64,000 bases of DNA from Pseudomonadota bacterium (GTDB lineage: Bacteria; Pseudomonadota; Alphaproteobacteria; Rhodobacterales; Rhodobacteraceae), in NCBI GenBank assembly GCA_039180525.1, contig JBCDDF010000003.1, forward strand, positions 94,789-158,788, given 5' to 3'. A model generated the notes under the pieces. The model saw only the letters and a program-made list of their open reading frames with translations, was not told the origin of the DNA and searched no databases. A program made the position numbers and the translations under genes. Shown piece by piece: positions 17,992 to 29,425 of the stretch (position 1 is its first letter; each line of letters opens with the position of its first letter).

Positions 17992-19166
17992 TCTTCCTCT
18001 CCTTCGGCGTTGCGGAACGGACCGTAACCGGTCAGCACCTCGATTTCCTCGTCCACCGCGTTCCGTTCCGCTTCCAGATACTGGGCGACGGCCTTGGCAA
18101 AGCCGGCATCCGCGATCCAGTGCAGCGAATGGACCGGCACCGGCATATAGCCGCGCGCCAGCTTGTGGCTGCCCTGCGCGCCGGCTTCCACGCGGCTCAT
18201 GCGGTGAGCAATGGCGTAGTCGATGGCCTGATAGTAGCAGGCCTCGAAATGCAGGCAGGGGTGGTCCTCGATACAGCCCCAATAGCGGCCGAAAAGCGTC
18301 TGCCGCCCGATGAAGTTCAACGCCCCCGCCACCGGGCGGCCGTCGCGTTCTGCCAGGATCATCATCATCAGATGCGGGAAGCGATCATGGGCCAGGTCGA
18401 AAAACGCCCGGCTCAGATAGGGCGAACCCCATTTGCGCGCGCCGGTATCCTGGTAGAACCGCCAGAACGCATCCCAATGCGCCGGCTCCAACCCGTCGCC
18501 CGAGATCTGCCGAAGCGTGCCGCCGAAAGCCTGCGCCGTGCGCCGTTCCTTGCGGATCGCCTTTCGTTTGCGCGAGGACAGATCGGACAGAAAGGCGTCG
18601 AAATCGGCATAGTCGCGGTTTTGCCAGTGAAACTGTTGCCCGGTCCGTTGCATCAGCCCCATCGCGCCGCCGGCCGTCCATTCCTCTTCGGTACAGAAGG
18701 TTATGTGGACCGAAGAGACACCGTTCTGGTCGGCCAGTTGCAGTGCGCCCTGGATCAACGCGATCCGGCCCGTCGTGTCCCAACCCGGGCGGCAGAGAAA
18801 CCGGCGGCCGGTGGCGGGTGTGAAGGGCACCGCGGATTGTAGCTTTGGGTAGTACCGCCCGCCGGCGTTTTCATAGGCATGGGCCCAGTTATGGTCGAAG
18901 ATGTATTCCCCCTGGCTGTGACCTTTGGCGTAAAGCGGCATCGCGGCGACCACCTGCCCGTCGGCGCGCGCCACCAGATGGCGCGGCTGCCAGCCGGTCC
19001 CAGGCCCGACCGAGCCCGATTCCTCCAGCGTTTGCAGCACCGTATGGGTGGTGAACGGATCTTCCGGCCAGCCGCCGCCGGGGTTGGCGCAGGCGTCCCA
19101 ATCGGCGGCGTCGATCTGATCCATACCGGTCAGCACGGTGATTTCGATCGGGTCGCTTCCGTCCAT
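17976..19166 (-). CDS. GNAT/FemAB-like protein (DUF482 family)
   Basis: [40 protein letters not shown] and [14 protein letters not shown] motifs. Confidence 0.88.
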   Translation of the reverse strand: MDGSDPIEITVLTGMDQIDAADWDACANPGGGWPEDPFTTHTVLQTLEESGSVGPGTGWQPRHLVARADGQVVAAMPLYAKGHSQGEYIFDHNWAHAYENAGGRYYPKLQSAVPFTPATGRRFLCRPGWDTTGRIALIQGALQLADQNGVSSVHITFCTEEEWTAGGAMGLMQRTGQQFHWQNRDYADFDAFLSDLSSRKRKAIRKERRTAQAFGGTLRQISGDGLEPAHWDAFWRFYQDTGARKWGSPYLSRAFFDLAHDRFPHLMMMILAERDGRPVAGALNFIGRQTLFGRYWGCIEDHPCLHFEACYYQAIDYAIAHRMSRVEAGAQGSHKLARGYMPVPVHSLHWIADAGFAKAVAQYLEAERNAVDEEIEVLTGYGPFRNAEGEEEWQKN

Positions 19167-19218
19167 GGCGGCGTCCTTTCCGGGGGATGCCGAACAGGTG
19201 GGCGCGGCGCGCGCGGGG

Positions 19219-19980
19219 TCAAGGCGTGGTGGGGTGATAGCCTTCGAAGGTGATGTTGTCGGCGATGCGTCGCGCGTCCGCCTCCTCTTCCGGGGACCGG
19301 ATCGTCCAAGTCAGAATGGGAAGGTCGCGGTCTTTCAGGGCCGCCACGGGTGCGGCGTTCAGGTAGGTGCGGTTGCAGGATGCAAACGCGATATCCAGCC
19401 GCGCGGCGTCTTCGACCGCGGCCAGCCGCTTGCGCCGTTCCGCGGGCACGTCGGGCCAGTGCTCGGCCGTCATCGCATCGATCACCAGCCCGCGCGGCAC
19501 ATGCGGCAACGCTTCGGCAAAGGCGGCCACCGTGTCGGGGTTGAACGACATGACCGCCACCGCACCGGCATATCCCAGCAGTTCGCGCGCCACCGCCTGG
19601 TGCACGTCGCCGATATCGGGCCCAAGCGCGCCGTCTTGGTCCTTGATCTCGATCAGCAGCGGCACGGTGCCCCCGATCGCTTGCAATACATGGGCAAGGC
19701 TTGGGATTTCGTCCTCACTGCCGGCAAGCCGCAGCTTGCGCAACGCCGCGGCGGGTCGTGCGTCCACCCGCCCGGTCTCTTCCGTCAGCCGGTCCAGCGT
19801 CGTGTCGTGAAACACCATCGCGACGCCGTCGGCGCTGGGTTGGATATCGATCTCCACCGCGAAACCGGCGGCCGAGGCGGCGCGGATCGCGGAGACGCTG
19901 TTTTCAACGTCCCGACCGCCATGCAGTCCGCGATGTGCGATCGGGCTGGTAAGAAAGCCCGGGTCCAGAGGCTCAGCCAA
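19219..19980 (-). CDS. glycerophosphodiester phosphodiesterase family protein
   Basis: IAHRGLH, ENS, EIDIQ, VFHD and LIEIK motifs. Confidence 0.88.
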   Translation of the reverse strand: MAEPLDPGFLTSPIAHRGLHGGRDVENSVSAIRAASAAGFAVEIDIQPSADGVAMVFHDTTLDRLTEETGRVDARPAAALRKLRLAGSEDEIPSLAHVLQAIGGTVPLLIEIKDQDGALGPDIGDVHQAVARELLGYAGAVAVMSFNPDTVAAFAEALPHVPRGLVIDAMTAEHWPDVPAERRKRLAAVEDAARLDIAFASCNRTYLNAAPVAALKDRDLPILTWTIRSPEEEADARRIADNITFEGYHPTTP

Positions 19981-20437
19981 TGCGGAAGATCCCTTCGATT
20001 TCCACCTGCACGCCCAGCGGAAGCGAACCCGCGCCCACCGCGGCGCGGGCGTGTGCGCCGGCGGGCCCGAACACGTCGACCATCAGGTCGGAACACCCGT
20101 TCACCACCGCCGGATGCTGGCTGAAATCCGGGGTCGCGTTGACGAAACCGGTCAGTTTGACCACCTGCTCCACCCGGTCCAGGTTGCTGCCGCAGGCTGC
20201 CTTGAGTTGCGCGATCAGCGCCAGCCCGCAGCACCGGGCCGAGCCGATGGCCTCTTCCACACCGATCTCCGCCCCGACCTTGCCCGTGCGCAGCCCGTCC
20301 GCATCGACCGAAATTTGGCCAGAGATGAACACGAGATCGCCGCTGATGACATATGGCACGTAGTTCGCGGCCGGGGCGGGGGCGTCGGGCAGCGTGATGC
20401 CAAGCTCGTCAAGACGTCTGTCGATGCGGCCGGTCAT
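19973..20437 (-). CDS. RidA/YjgF family protein
   Basis: PAANYVPY, ISGQI, VNGCSDL and HARAAVGAGSLPLGVQVEIE motifs. Confidence 0.9.
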   Translation of the reverse strand: MTGRIDRRLDELGITLPDAPAPAANYVPYVISGDLVFISGQISVDADGLRTGKVGAEIGVEEAIGSARCCGLALIAQLKAACGSNLDRVEQVVKLTGFVNATPDFSQHPAVVNGCSDLMVDVFGPAGAHARAAVGAGSLPLGVQVEIEGIFRIG

Positions 20438-20498
20438 GGGTCCTCCTGCGCGCTGGGCCCGCCGGGTCAGGTTCGCGCCCGGCCCGCGCGGGCGGCTG

Positions 20499-20531
20499 GG
20501 CAGGGCGCGGGTAGGGCCCAGGTAGGGCGCT
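20499..20531. repeat. 11-bp tandem repeat, 3 imperfect units
   Basis: ggcagggcgcg ggtagggccca ggtagggcgct. Confidence 0.5.
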
Positions 20532-20546
20532 GCCGGTTCCGCGGGT

Positions 20547-21851
20547 TCAGTTCTCGCGGAACGCCTTGGTGAAATAATCCGACAGCGGCTTCACCAGATA
20601 GTTCAACGGCGTGCGGTCGCCGGTTTTGATAAAGGCTTCCACCGGCATGCCGGGCAACAGTTGCAGATTGCCCAGCTTGGCCGATTCCCCCTCCAGCGGC
20701 AGCAACTCGGCGCTGTAATAGGGGACCCCGGTGTTTTCGTCGGTAAAGGCATCCGCCGAGACCTTGGTCACCATGCCGGTGATTTCCGGCGTGAAGCGCT
20801 GATCGAATGCGGGAAAGCGCAGCGTCGCGGTCTGGCCGATATTGACCTGATCGACATGGATCGTCTCGATGCGGGCGCTGATCACCAGCGGGGTTTCCTG
20901 CGGCACCACATACATCAGCACATCCGCGGGGCGGATCACCTGGCGCGGCGTGTTCACCGTGCGGCCATAGACGATGCCGTTGGCGGGCGAACGCACCTCA
21001 AGCCGCGACAATGTCTCCTGCATGCTCAATCGGCGCTCGCGCAGTTCGATCTCCCGGTAGTCCAACTCGCGCAGCGCGGTGATCGCCTCTTCGCGGATGC
21101 CGGCATTCAGGCGCAGGATCTCGATTTCCGCCTCGGAGATCTGCGCGCGCAACTGGGCGATCCGCGCCTCCAACTCGCCCAAGACACCGGCCATGCGGGC
21201 GTTCTCTCGCTCCAGCCCCATCACTTGCCGCTGCTGGGTCAGGCCCTGCTGAAGCATGCGCTTTTCGTCGTCCAACTCTGCCGTGACGAAATCCCGCTGC
21301 TCGGTCATGGAGGCGATCTGCGCCAGTGTCCCATCGATCTGGCGTTCGATCTGGATCTTGCGTTCGCGCAACTGGCTGATCTGCTGTTGCTGGTTGTCGC
21401 GACGCGCCTCGAACAACCGCCACTGACCGTCCATCAGGTCGCGGATATCGTCGCGCTCGGCGCCGATCGCCACAAGTTCTTCGTCGAACTGCAATTCGTC
21501 GGTGCCATCGCGTTCCGCCGTCAGCCGGGCCTTGCGGGCCAGGATCTCGAACAACTGGCTTTCGATGATTGCCGCTTCGGTGCGGATCAACACATCGTCG
21601 AAGCGCAGCACGATATCGCCGGCCTGCACGATATCGCCGTCTTCGACCAGGATTTCGCCCACCACGCCGCCATCGGGGTGCTGGATCGCCTGACGATTGC
21701 CCTCGACCTCGATCTGGCCGGAGGAAATCACCGCGCCAGAGATGCTGGCCAGCGCCGACCAGGCACCGACGCCGAAAATCAGCACTGCCAGCGCGCCGAA
21801 GCCCAGGATCAGGGCGCGGCGGGGGTTCCAGGTTGCTTCCGGTTCGCTCAT
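20547..21851 (-). CDS. HlyD family type I secretion membrane fusion protein (PrsE-like)
   Basis: Single TM, IQHPDGGVV, long coiled coil, LLPGMPVEAFIKTGDRTPLNYLVKPL; alternative start 21875. Confidence 0.92.
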   Translation of the reverse strand: MSEPEATWNPRRALILGFGALAVLIFGVGAWSALASISGAVISSGQIEVEGNRQAIQHPDGGVVGEILVEDGDIVQAGDIVLRFDDVLIRTEAAIIESQLFEILARKARLTAERDGTDELQFDEELVAIGAERDDIRDLMDGQWRLFEARRDNQQQQISQLRERKIQIERQIDGTLAQIASMTEQRDFVTAELDDEKRMLQQGLTQQRQVMGLERENARMAGVLGELEARIAQLRAQISEAEIEILRLNAGIREEAITALRELDYREIELRERRLSMQETLSRLEVRSPANGIVYGRTVNTPRQVIRPADVLMYVVPQETPLVISARIETIHVDQVNIGQTATLRFPAFDQRFTPEITGMVTKVSADAFTDENTGVPYYSAELLPLEGESAKLGNLQLLPGMPVEAFIKTGDRTPLNYLVKPLSDYFTKAFREN

Positions 21852-21864
21852 CTGTCCGCTCTCC

Positions 21865-23616
21865 TCACCCGGCATTGCTGCTGCCGCCGATCGTGCCGGC
21901 GACTTGGCTGTAGTTCTTAAGTTGCGCCTTCAAGACCTCGTCGCGTGGGCCAAAGGCCTTTCGCAGCCCGCCTTCCAGCACCAGGATGAGGTCGCATTCG
22001 GCGATGCCCGACGGGCGGTGGGCCATGATGATCACCGATCGGCCGACGGATTTCATCTGTCGGATCGCGGCGTTCAGCGCCGCCTGGCCCTCGGCATCCA
22101 GGTTGGCGTTGGGTTCGTCCAACACCAGGATCGCCGGGTCGCCATACATCGCCCGCGCTAGTCCGATCCGCTGCCGCTGCCCACCCGAAAGGCGACGTCC
22201 GCCGGGGTTCAGCCGGGTGTCATAGCCATCCGGAAGGCTGAGGATCAGCTCATGCGCGCCGGCTTTCTTGGCCGCCGCCACCACCGCCTCGGGGTTCGGC
22301 TGCGCCTCCAGCCGGGCGATGTTCTCTGCAATGGTAGCACCGAACAACGCCACGTCCTGCGGCAGATACCCGATCGCGCGGCCCAAATCCTCGGGCGAGA
22401 ACTGATCCAGCGTCGCGCCATCCAGCCGCACCTTGCCCGAGGCCGGTTGCCAGATACCCGTGAGCGCCCGCGCCAGCGTGGACTTGCCCGAGCCGCTTGG
22501 GCCGATCACGCCCAGCGCCTGGCCCTGATCCAGCCGAAAGCTCAGCATCCGCAGCGTCGCCACCTGCTCACCCGGCGGCACGACCGTGACCTGCTGCGCC
22601 TCCAGGATCGCACGCGGCGCCGGCAGCGGGGTGGGTTGTTCGAACGCCGGCGTGCGCGTCAGAAGTTCCTTCAACGACGTCCAGCCCTGCCGCGCGCGTT
22701 GGAACAGCGGCCAGCCGCCGATGGCCTGTTCGACCGGCGCCAGCGCCCGGCCCATCAGGATCGAGCCGGCGATCATCGCGCCCGCGGTCAGCTCTGCCTG
22801 CAACACCAGATAGGCCCCCATGGCCAGCATCGCCGACTGCAGAAAGAAGCGAAACGTCTTGGTGATGGTCGAATAGGTGCCGGTCTTGTCGCTGGAGGAA
22901 ATCTGCGCCGCCAGCGCGGCATCGCGCGACTGCCGCCAGCGGGCGATGATGGCCGGCCGCATGCCCAGACCCTGCACCGCCTCGGCCTCTTCCCGCGCGC
23001 CCTCGGCAAAGGCGTCGGCCTGCGCCACCAGCGACGCGGCCTCGCGCACTGGTTTGGCGGTCGTGATCTGGTTCATCAGCGTGACGAAGACCAGCACCAG
23101 CCCGCCCGCGACCGCCAACCAGCCCAGCATCGGGTGGAAAATGAAGATCGCGAAGATGAAGATCGGCGTCCAAGGCATGTCGAAGATGGCGAACAGCACG
23201 GGCGCCGACATGAACCGCTGCACCGCTTCCAGATCCTTCAGCCCCGTCGCGGGCCGGGCGCGTTCCTGCGGTGCCACGGCCCGGCGCAAAAGCGCCTCGA
23301 ACACGCGATAGTCCAGCCCGGTCTGAAACTTGGCGCCCACCCGTGCCGCGATTCGGGCGCGGGCGTAATCCAACACCCCCATCAACCCATAAAGCAGCGC
23401 GACAAGAACGAAGAGCGCGGTCAGCGTCTCCTCCGAACGGCTGCCCAGTACGCGGTCATAGACCTGCAGCATGAACAGCGGCCCGGTCAGCATCAGCAAG
23501 TTGACGAAGACACTGAAAACACCGATCGACAGGAACAGGCCCTTGCCTTGTCCCATCGCGTCGGCCAGTTCCACCCGCGCCTGCTCGGCTGCCACGGGCA
23601 TCGCGACCTTGGCCAT
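21865..23616 (-). CDS. type I secretion ABC permease/ATPase (PrsD/AprD-like)
   Basis: FMLQVYDRVL, GPSGSGKST, LSGGQRQRIGLARA and LDEPNANLD motifs. Confidence 0.93.
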   Translation of the reverse strand: MAKVAMPVAAEQARVELADAMGQGKGLFLSIGVFSVFVNLLMLTGPLFMLQVYDRVLGSRSEETLTALFVLVALLYGLMGVLDYARARIAARVGAKFQTGLDYRVFEALLRRAVAPQERARPATGLKDLEAVQRFMSAPVLFAIFDMPWTPIFIFAIFIFHPMLGWLAVAGGLVLVFVTLMNQITTAKPVREAASLVAQADAFAEGAREEAEAVQGLGMRPAIIARWRQSRDAALAAQISSSDKTGTYSTITKTFRFFLQSAMLAMGAYLVLQAELTAGAMIAGSILMGRALAPVEQAIGGWPLFQRARQGWTSLKELLTRTPAFEQPTPLPAPRAILEAQQVTVVPPGEQVATLRMLSFRLDQGQALGVIGPSGSGKSTLARALTGIWQPASGKVRLDGATLDQFSPEDLGRAIGYLPQDVALFGATIAENIARLEAQPNPEAVVAAAKKAGAHELILSLPDGYDTRLNPGGRRLSGGQRQRIGLARAMYGDPAILVLDEPNANLDAEGQAALNAAIRQMKSVGRSVIIMAHRPSGIAECDLILVLEGGLRKAFGPRDEVLKAQLKNYSQVAGTIGGSSNAG

Positions 23617-23772
23617 ATTCAGCTTTCCTCCCCTGCCTCTCGTTCACGGCCCTCGCACAAGGGCCGTTCACACTATATGACACAGTCGACGGTACAGATC
23701 ACTTTCCGCTTAGGGGGCCTTTCGTGGACTGCGACTTTGAATATACAAACCACGTAAACGGACGATAGCGGC

Positions 23773-24531
23773 ATGAGCGGTTACCAAACCTTTAAGCGGT
23801 ATACAAACCGCTTGTGTGGGCTTCTGCTGGTTGCAGCGGTGGCCGGATGCGCGGAACCTCAGATCGTTTCCGCCGATGCGCCTGACCCGTTCGCGCCGGT
23901 CAACAGGGCCGTACACCAATTCAACAAGGGCGCCGACACGGTGCTGATCCGCCCCTTGTCCAAGGGCTACGTCACGGCCGTGCCCGGGCCGCTGCGGCGC
24001 GGGATCAGCAACGGCGCGAACAACCTGGCGCAGCCGCTTTACGTCGCCAATCACCTGCTGCAGGGCGATGTGGAGGCGGCGGGGACGGCGTTTTTCCGCT
24101 TTGGCATGAACACCACCGTGGGCCTGGCGGGGTTGCTGGACCCGGCCACCGAAGCCGGGCTTGCGGACAATCCGACCGATTTCGGCGAAACGCTGGCGGT
24201 CTGGGGTCTGCCCAGCGGACCTTATGTCGAACTGCCGATCCTGGGCCCCAGCACGGTCCGCGGCACCGTCGGGCAGGTCACCGAAATCGTGGGCGATCCG
24301 CTGTTTTTCGTCATCGATGACGAATTCATCGCCATCCCGATCGCGGTCGAGGTCGGGGCGCTGCTGCAGACCCGGCAGGATTTCGCCCGCGTCATTGATG
24401 CGCTGCTTTATGAAAGCGCGGACAGCTACAACGCCTCGCGTATCGCTTATCTGCAAAACCGCGCGCGCGAGTTGAACGAGGGCTTGGCCCTGGAGGAACT
24501 GGACTTGGAGGATCCCTTTGCGTTCGAATGA
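23773..24531 (+). CDS. mlaA: MlaA/VacJ family lipoprotein
   Basis: Lipobox VAGC; DPFAPVNR; NTTVGLAGLLDPA; DFGETLAVWG..GPYVELPILGPST. Confidence 0.9.
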   Translation: MSGYQTFKRYTNRLCGLLLVAAVAGCAEPQIVSADAPDPFAPVNRAVHQFNKGADTVLIRPLSKGYVTAVPGPLRRGISNGANNLAQPLYVANHLLQGDVEAAGTAFFRFGMNTTVGLAGLLDPATEAGLADNPTDFGETLAVWGLPSGPYVELPILGPSTVRGTVGQVTEIVGDPLFFVIDDEFIAIPIAVEVGALLQTRQDFARVIDALLYESADSYNASRIAYLQNRARELNEGLALEELDLEDPFAFE

Positions 24532-25126
24532 TCTCAAAGCCACCCGCCGCGGCCTGCTTCTGACGGGGCTCGCGGCGCTCGCGTGGCCGCGCGCCGCCCT
24601 GGCCCTGACCACCGCCGAAGCCACTCAACTGATCGAGCGGGTGATGTCGGACACGATGACCATCGTGAATTCCAACGCCAGCACCGCGCAGGCGCTGACC
24701 CGGTTCGAGCAGGTGTTCGAGAAACACGCCGATGTTCCGGTTATCGCTCGCTCCGTTCTGGGCCAGCCCTGGCGCGGCGCCAGCCCAGCGCAGCAAAGGG
24801 CGTTCTCGACCGCGTTCCGGGGCTATCTGGCGCGCAAGTACGGCCGTGAGTTCCGTGAATTCCGCGGCTCCCGCGTGGAGATCACGCGCGCCGTGGATCA
24901 GGGCAATCGCGGGATCGTGGTCAGCACCGTGCTGACCATCCCTGGCAGCCCGCCGATTTCCGTGGACTGGCAGGTGACCGACCGCAGCGGCCAGCCCAAG
25001 ATGTTCAACCTTTTCATCGAAGGCATCTCGATGCTGTCCACCGAACGATCGGAAGTCCGCGCGATTCTGGAAGGGCACCGCAACGATCTGAACGCGCTGA
25101 TCGCCGACCTCAACCGCCGGGGCTGA
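24518..25126 (+). CDS. mlaC: MlaC/Ttg2D phospholipid-binding periplasmic protein
   Basis: Tat-like signal (TRRGLL); IARSVLGQPWR; IEGISMLSTERSE; adjacent to mlaA. Confidence 0.85.
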   Translation: MRSNDLKATRRGLLLTGLAALAWPRAALALTTAEATQLIERVMSDTMTIVNSNASTAQALTRFEQVFEKHADVPVIARSVLGQPWRGASPAQQRAFSTAFRGYLARKYGREFREFRGSRVEITRAVDQGNRGIVVSTVLTIPGSPPISVDWQVTDRSGQPKMFNLFIEGISMLSTERSEVRAILEGHRNDLNALIADLNRRG

Positions 25127-25277
25127 CGCTCCCCCAGCCAAATTCGCAGGGCGCGGGCCCGGCGCGAACACTCCGGAAACGAAGAAGCGGTGACACCGCG
25201 GTCGCGTCGTGTGGCCCGCTTCTTCGGTTCCCAAATCTCCCCGCCGAAGGCATCCCGCTGCGGCGCGGGCGTGCGCG

Positions 25278-27323
25278 TCAGTTGCTCAGACCGAACAGCG
25301 CGTCCAACACACGGTTCACGACCGTATCCGCCTGGTGTTCGGCCGCCATCGCGACCGGGGGGCGCGGGGGTTCGGGGATGATCATCGGCAGTGGCCGGGG
25401 CGGCAGGCCCTGGTGGGCGCGGGCCATGGTCTCGTGCCAGATCTCGGCTGGCAGGCCGCTGCCGGTGACGCCGGTCAGCGGGGTGTTGTCGTCATAACCC
25501 ATCCACACGCCGGCGACGTAATCGCCGGTGAAACCAACGAACCAGGCATCGCGTGCCGCCTGCGTGGTGCCGGTCTTGCCGGCTGCCGGGCGGCCGTCCA
25601 GTGCGGCACGGCCGCCGGAGCCGCGCGCCACGACCTCGGCCAGCATATAGACCAGATGCCCGGCGGCGCGCGGATCCATCACCTGGATCGGCGATTTGCG
25701 GTCCGACCCCATTAGCTGGAGCCCCTCGCCCTTCAGGCCAAGCTTGATCAGCCCATAGGGCACCGACCGGCGGCCGCCGTTCAGGATGCCGGCATAGGCC
25801 CCGGTCAGCTCCAACAGCGTCAGTTCCGATACGCCCAGCGCCACCGACGGACCGTCCGCCAGCGGGCTGTCGATACCGAAATCCTGGGCGATGGCGCGGA
25901 TGCGGGCGCGGCCGGCAAACTCCGACACCCGCACGGCGACTGTATTGATCGACCGCGCCAATGCCTCGGTCAGGGTCATTGGGCCGTAGAATTCACGGGT
26001 GTAGTTTTGCGGGCTCCATGGGCCCGAACCCGGCACGTCGATGGTGATCGGCGCATCCTCGAAGATGTCGTTCGGGGTCAGCCCGGCCTGCAGCCCGGCG
26101 GCATAGATCAGCGGCTTGAACGCCGAACCCGGCTGGCGCAATGCCTGCGTGGCGCGGTTGAACTGTCCGGCGGCGCCGCTTTTGCGCCCGCCCACCATCG
26201 CACGCACGGCGCCGTCGGGCGACAGGATGACAATGGCCGCCTGCGCCTTCGACCCCGGCTTGACCTTTGTGTCGAAGACATGGGCCAAAGCCTCTTCCGC
26301 GGCGCGTTGCAATCCGGGGTCGAAGGTGGTGGCGATGACCACGTCCTCGGTGGTCGACCGGGTCAGAAAACTGGGTCCGGCGGCCATGACCCAATCGGCG
26401 AAGTAACCGCCCGTCCGCGCCTGAGCGGCCGGCGAAAGCTGGGCCGGGTTGGCGCGCGCGATCTCTGCCTCGACCCGGGTCAGATGGCCCTGATCGGCCA
26501 TCAGGCCGATGATGACATTGGCGCGGTTCTGTGCCACGCCGATATCCCGGGTCGGGGCAAAGCGCGACGGCGCCTTCAACAACCCGGCCAGCATCGCCGC
26601 CTCTGCCGGGCTGACATCGCGGGTCGATTTTCCGAAATAGCGGCGCGCGGCGGCCTCGAACCCCTGCGCGCCGGCGCCCAGATAGGCGCGGTTCAGATAG
26701 ATTGAGAGGATATCGTTCTTGGAATACTTCGCCTCCATCGCCAGAACGATGGGCACCTGGCGGATATGGCGTTCCAAGGACCGCGTGTTGCCGAAGAACA
26801 GAAGCTTGGCGACTTGCTGGGTGATGGTCGAACCACCCTGCACCACGCGGCCGGCGCGCAGGTTCGCGACCATGGCGCGCGAGATGCCGCGCGGGTCCAG
26901 CCCGAAATGGCGATAGAAGCGTTTGTCCTCGGTCGCCAGCACCGCGTTGACCAGATGCGGCGAGGCGGTCTCCGTCCGCGTGGTCACGTATTGGGCACCG
27001 CGCCAGGCAAAGACCTGATCATTGCGGTCCAAAAGCGTCACCGAGCCCTGGTCGCGCCCATCCAGAAGCTGCTCCATCGGCGGCAGCGTGGCGTAATAAT
27101 AAAGCGTCGCGCCGCCGAGGATCAGCCCGCCCAGCACCGCGGCACGGATCCCGACCCACCAGGCGACGCGCCACAAAAGCGTCAGCAACAGAAACCGCAG
27201 CATACGTTCGAACAGCCCTGCGCGGCGCACGGGCCGCTTTGGCGCGCGCCGGCTGCTGCGGCGGGACGTGGTCGTATTGCGCGGCCGCCGGCGGCGGTCG
27301 CGGGTTTTGCCTGTGCGGGCCAT
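25278..27323 (-). CDS. penicillin-binding protein 1A family (transglycosylase/transpeptidase)
   Basis: EDKRFYRHFG, QGGSTITQQ, RQPGSAFKP (SxxK), SIN and KTGTT motifs; start taken at MARTGK. Confidence 0.92.
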   Translation of the reverse strand: MARTGKTRDRRRRPRNTTTSRRSSRRAPKRPVRRAGLFERMLRFLLLTLLWRVAWWVGIRAAVLGGLILGGATLYYYATLPPMEQLLDGRDQGSVTLLDRNDQVFAWRGAQYVTTRTETASPHLVNAVLATEDKRFYRHFGLDPRGISRAMVANLRAGRVVQGGSTITQQVAKLLFFGNTRSLERHIRQVPIVLAMEAKYSKNDILSIYLNRAYLGAGAQGFEAAARRYFGKSTRDVSPAEAAMLAGLLKAPSRFAPTRDIGVAQNRANVIIGLMADQGHLTRVEAEIARANPAQLSPAAQARTGGYFADWVMAAGPSFLTRSTTEDVVIATTFDPGLQRAAEEALAHVFDTKVKPGSKAQAAIVILSPDGAVRAMVGGRKSGAAGQFNRATQALRQPGSAFKPLIYAAGLQAGLTPNDIFEDAPITIDVPGSGPWSPQNYTREFYGPMTLTEALARSINTVAVRVSEFAGRARIRAIAQDFGIDSPLADGPSVALGVSELTLLELTGAYAGILNGGRRSVPYGLIKLGLKGEGLQLMGSDRKSPIQVMDPRAAGHLVYMLAEVVARGSGGRAALDGRPAAGKTGTTQAARDAWFVGFTGDYVAGVWMGYDDNTPLTGVTGSGLPAEIWHETMARAHQGLPPRPLPMIIPEPPRPPVAMAAEHQADTVVNRVLDALFGLSN

Positions 27324-27601
27324 GTGCCTGGCCTTCGGTTGTTTACCTGCTCTCGTTGCGCGCGACCGTACCCGGATTGGCGCGCGTTGTAGAGCAAAAA
27401 ACACAGGCTTTGCGATCTGGTCAAATTTTAATCAGATGCCCTGAGACATGCATCTTTTCCCTTCGAAATCCGGGAATCTGCGCAGGGGCCAGGCGCATAA
27501 ACAGGCAAATCGCTGGCCAAGCCGCCCTGCCGCCTCTTCTGTCCGCCCTGTCAACGGCCGGGCATCCCGGCCGCACACAAGAACTATGTGCGGGAGAGTA
27601 A

Positions 27602-27949
<348 letters not shown>

Positions 27950-27976
27950 AGCGGCCCCCAGCGAGTGAGAGACAAC

Positions 27977-29335
27977 ATGTACAAGATGCTGAAAACCCTT
28001 GGCCTGACGGCCGCACCGCTGCTGGCGGTGACGCCGCTTCTGGCCCAAGACGCAGATGCCGCGGCCGCCACGGCAGAGGCCGCCGCGCACACGCAATGGA
28101 TCCTGACCACGCTGCTGTTTCTGGTCGGCGGGTTCCTGGTCATGTGGATGGCCGCGGGCTTTGCCATGCTGGAGGCCGGGCTGGTCCGGTCCAAGAATGT
28201 GACCATGCAGTTGACCAAGAATGTCGGGCTGTTTTCGATCGCCGCGATCATGTACTACCTGATCGGCTATAATCTGATGTACCCGCTGGGCGACTGGACC
28301 ATCGGGTCGGACGAGACCGGCGGCTATCTGGGCATTCTGTTCTCGGTCGCCGTGCTGGAGCCGGTGGGCGTCGCCGCGGATGCGGTGGACGATGCCGGCT
28401 ATGCCTCCACCGGGTCGGATTACTTCTTCCAGCTGATGTTCTGCGGCGCCACTGCCTCGATCGTCTCGGGCGCCTTGGCCGAGCGGATCAAGCTGTGGCC
28501 GTTCCTGATCTTCACCATCGTGCTGACCGGTGTGCTTTACCCGATCCAGGCGTCGTGGAAATGGGGCGGCGGCTTCTTGGACACCCAGTGGGGCTTCCTG
28601 GATTTCGCCGGCTCGACGGTCGTGCATTCGGTGGGCGGCTGGGCCGCGCTGGCCGGGGCGATCCTGCTGGGCGCGCGCGCCGGCAAATACAGGGATGGGC
28701 AGGTGACGCCGATGCTGGGCTCGAACATGCCGCTGGCGACGCTGGGCACGTTCATCCTGTGGCTGGGCTGGTTCGGCTTTAACGGCGGCTCGCAACTGGC
28801 GATGGGCACCATCGGCGATGCGGCCGATGTCAGCCGGATCTTCGCCAACACCAATACCGCCGCGGCCGGGGGTGCGCTGACCGCGCTGGTCCTGACCCAG
28901 GTGATGTATGGCAAGGTCGACCTGACCATGGTGCTGAACGGCGCCCTGGCCGGGTTGGTGTCGATCACCGCAGAGCCGCTGACGCCCTCGCTGGGCATGG
29001 CAACGATCATCGGTGCCGTGGGCGGGGTGATCGTGGTGTTCGGTGTGCCGTTCCTGGACCGGCTGAAGATCGACGACGTCGTCGGCGCCATCCCGGTGCA
29101 CCTGTTCGCAGGCATCTGGGGCACGATGGCGGTGCTGCTGACCAATAGGGATGCCACCTTCATGGGTCAGTTGATCCCGATCATCATCGTCGGGGTGTTC
29201 GTCTTTGCCCTGTCCTTCGTGGTCTGGATGATCCTCAAGGCGGCCATGGGCATCCGCGTGGACGAAGAGGCGGAGGTCAACGGACTCGACACCTCTGAAC
29301 TGGGGATGGAGGCCTATCCCGAGTTCACTACCTGA
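27977..29335 (+). CDS. amtB: ammonium transporter
   Basis: GFAMLEAG, DFAGSTVVHSVGG, LWLGWFGFNGGS and DDVVGAIPVH motifs. Confidence 0.95.
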   Translation: MYKMLKTLGLTAAPLLAVTPLLAQDADAAAATAEAAAHTQWILTTLLFLVGGFLVMWMAAGFAMLEAGLVRSKNVTMQLTKNVGLFSIAAIMYYLIGYNLMYPLGDWTIGSDETGGYLGILFSVAVLEPVGVAADAVDDAGYASTGSDYFFQLMFCGATASIVSGALAERIKLWPFLIFTIVLTGVLYPIQASWKWGGGFLDTQWGFLDFAGSTVVHSVGGWAALAGAILLGARAGKYRDGQVTPMLGSNMPLATLGTFILWLGWFGFNGGSQLAMGTIGDAADVSRIFANTNTAAAGGALTALVLTQVMYGKVDLTMVLNGALAGLVSITAEPLTPSLGMATIIGAVGGVIVVFGVPFLDRLKIDDVVGAIPVHLFAGIWGTMAVLLTNRDATFMGQLIPIIIVGVFVFALSFVVWMILKAAMGIRVDEEAEVNGLDTSELGMEAYPEFTT

Positions 29336-29375
29336 CACGGCAAACTTGCCGTCCGGGCGCTGACCCGGAAGAATG

Positions 29376-29404
29376 GCCCCGGGTACTTTGCCCGGGGCTT
29401 TTTT
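29376..29404 (+). terminator. Rho-independent terminator after amtB
   Basis: GCCCCGGG-tactttg-CCCGGGGC followed by TTTTTT. Confidence 0.8.
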
Positions 29405-29425
29405 CGTCGAAACGGGGGATGAGAC

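Noticed and set aside
20547-23616. Type I secretion pair lacking TolC and substrate as a novel system
   Set aside because: Stand-alone PrsD/PrsE-like pairs with unlinked TolC and cargo are common in this group
27556-27578. Sigma-54 promoter upstream of glnK
   Set aside because: Only a bare GG-N10-GC in GC-rich sequence; poor match to TGGCAC-N5-TTGC
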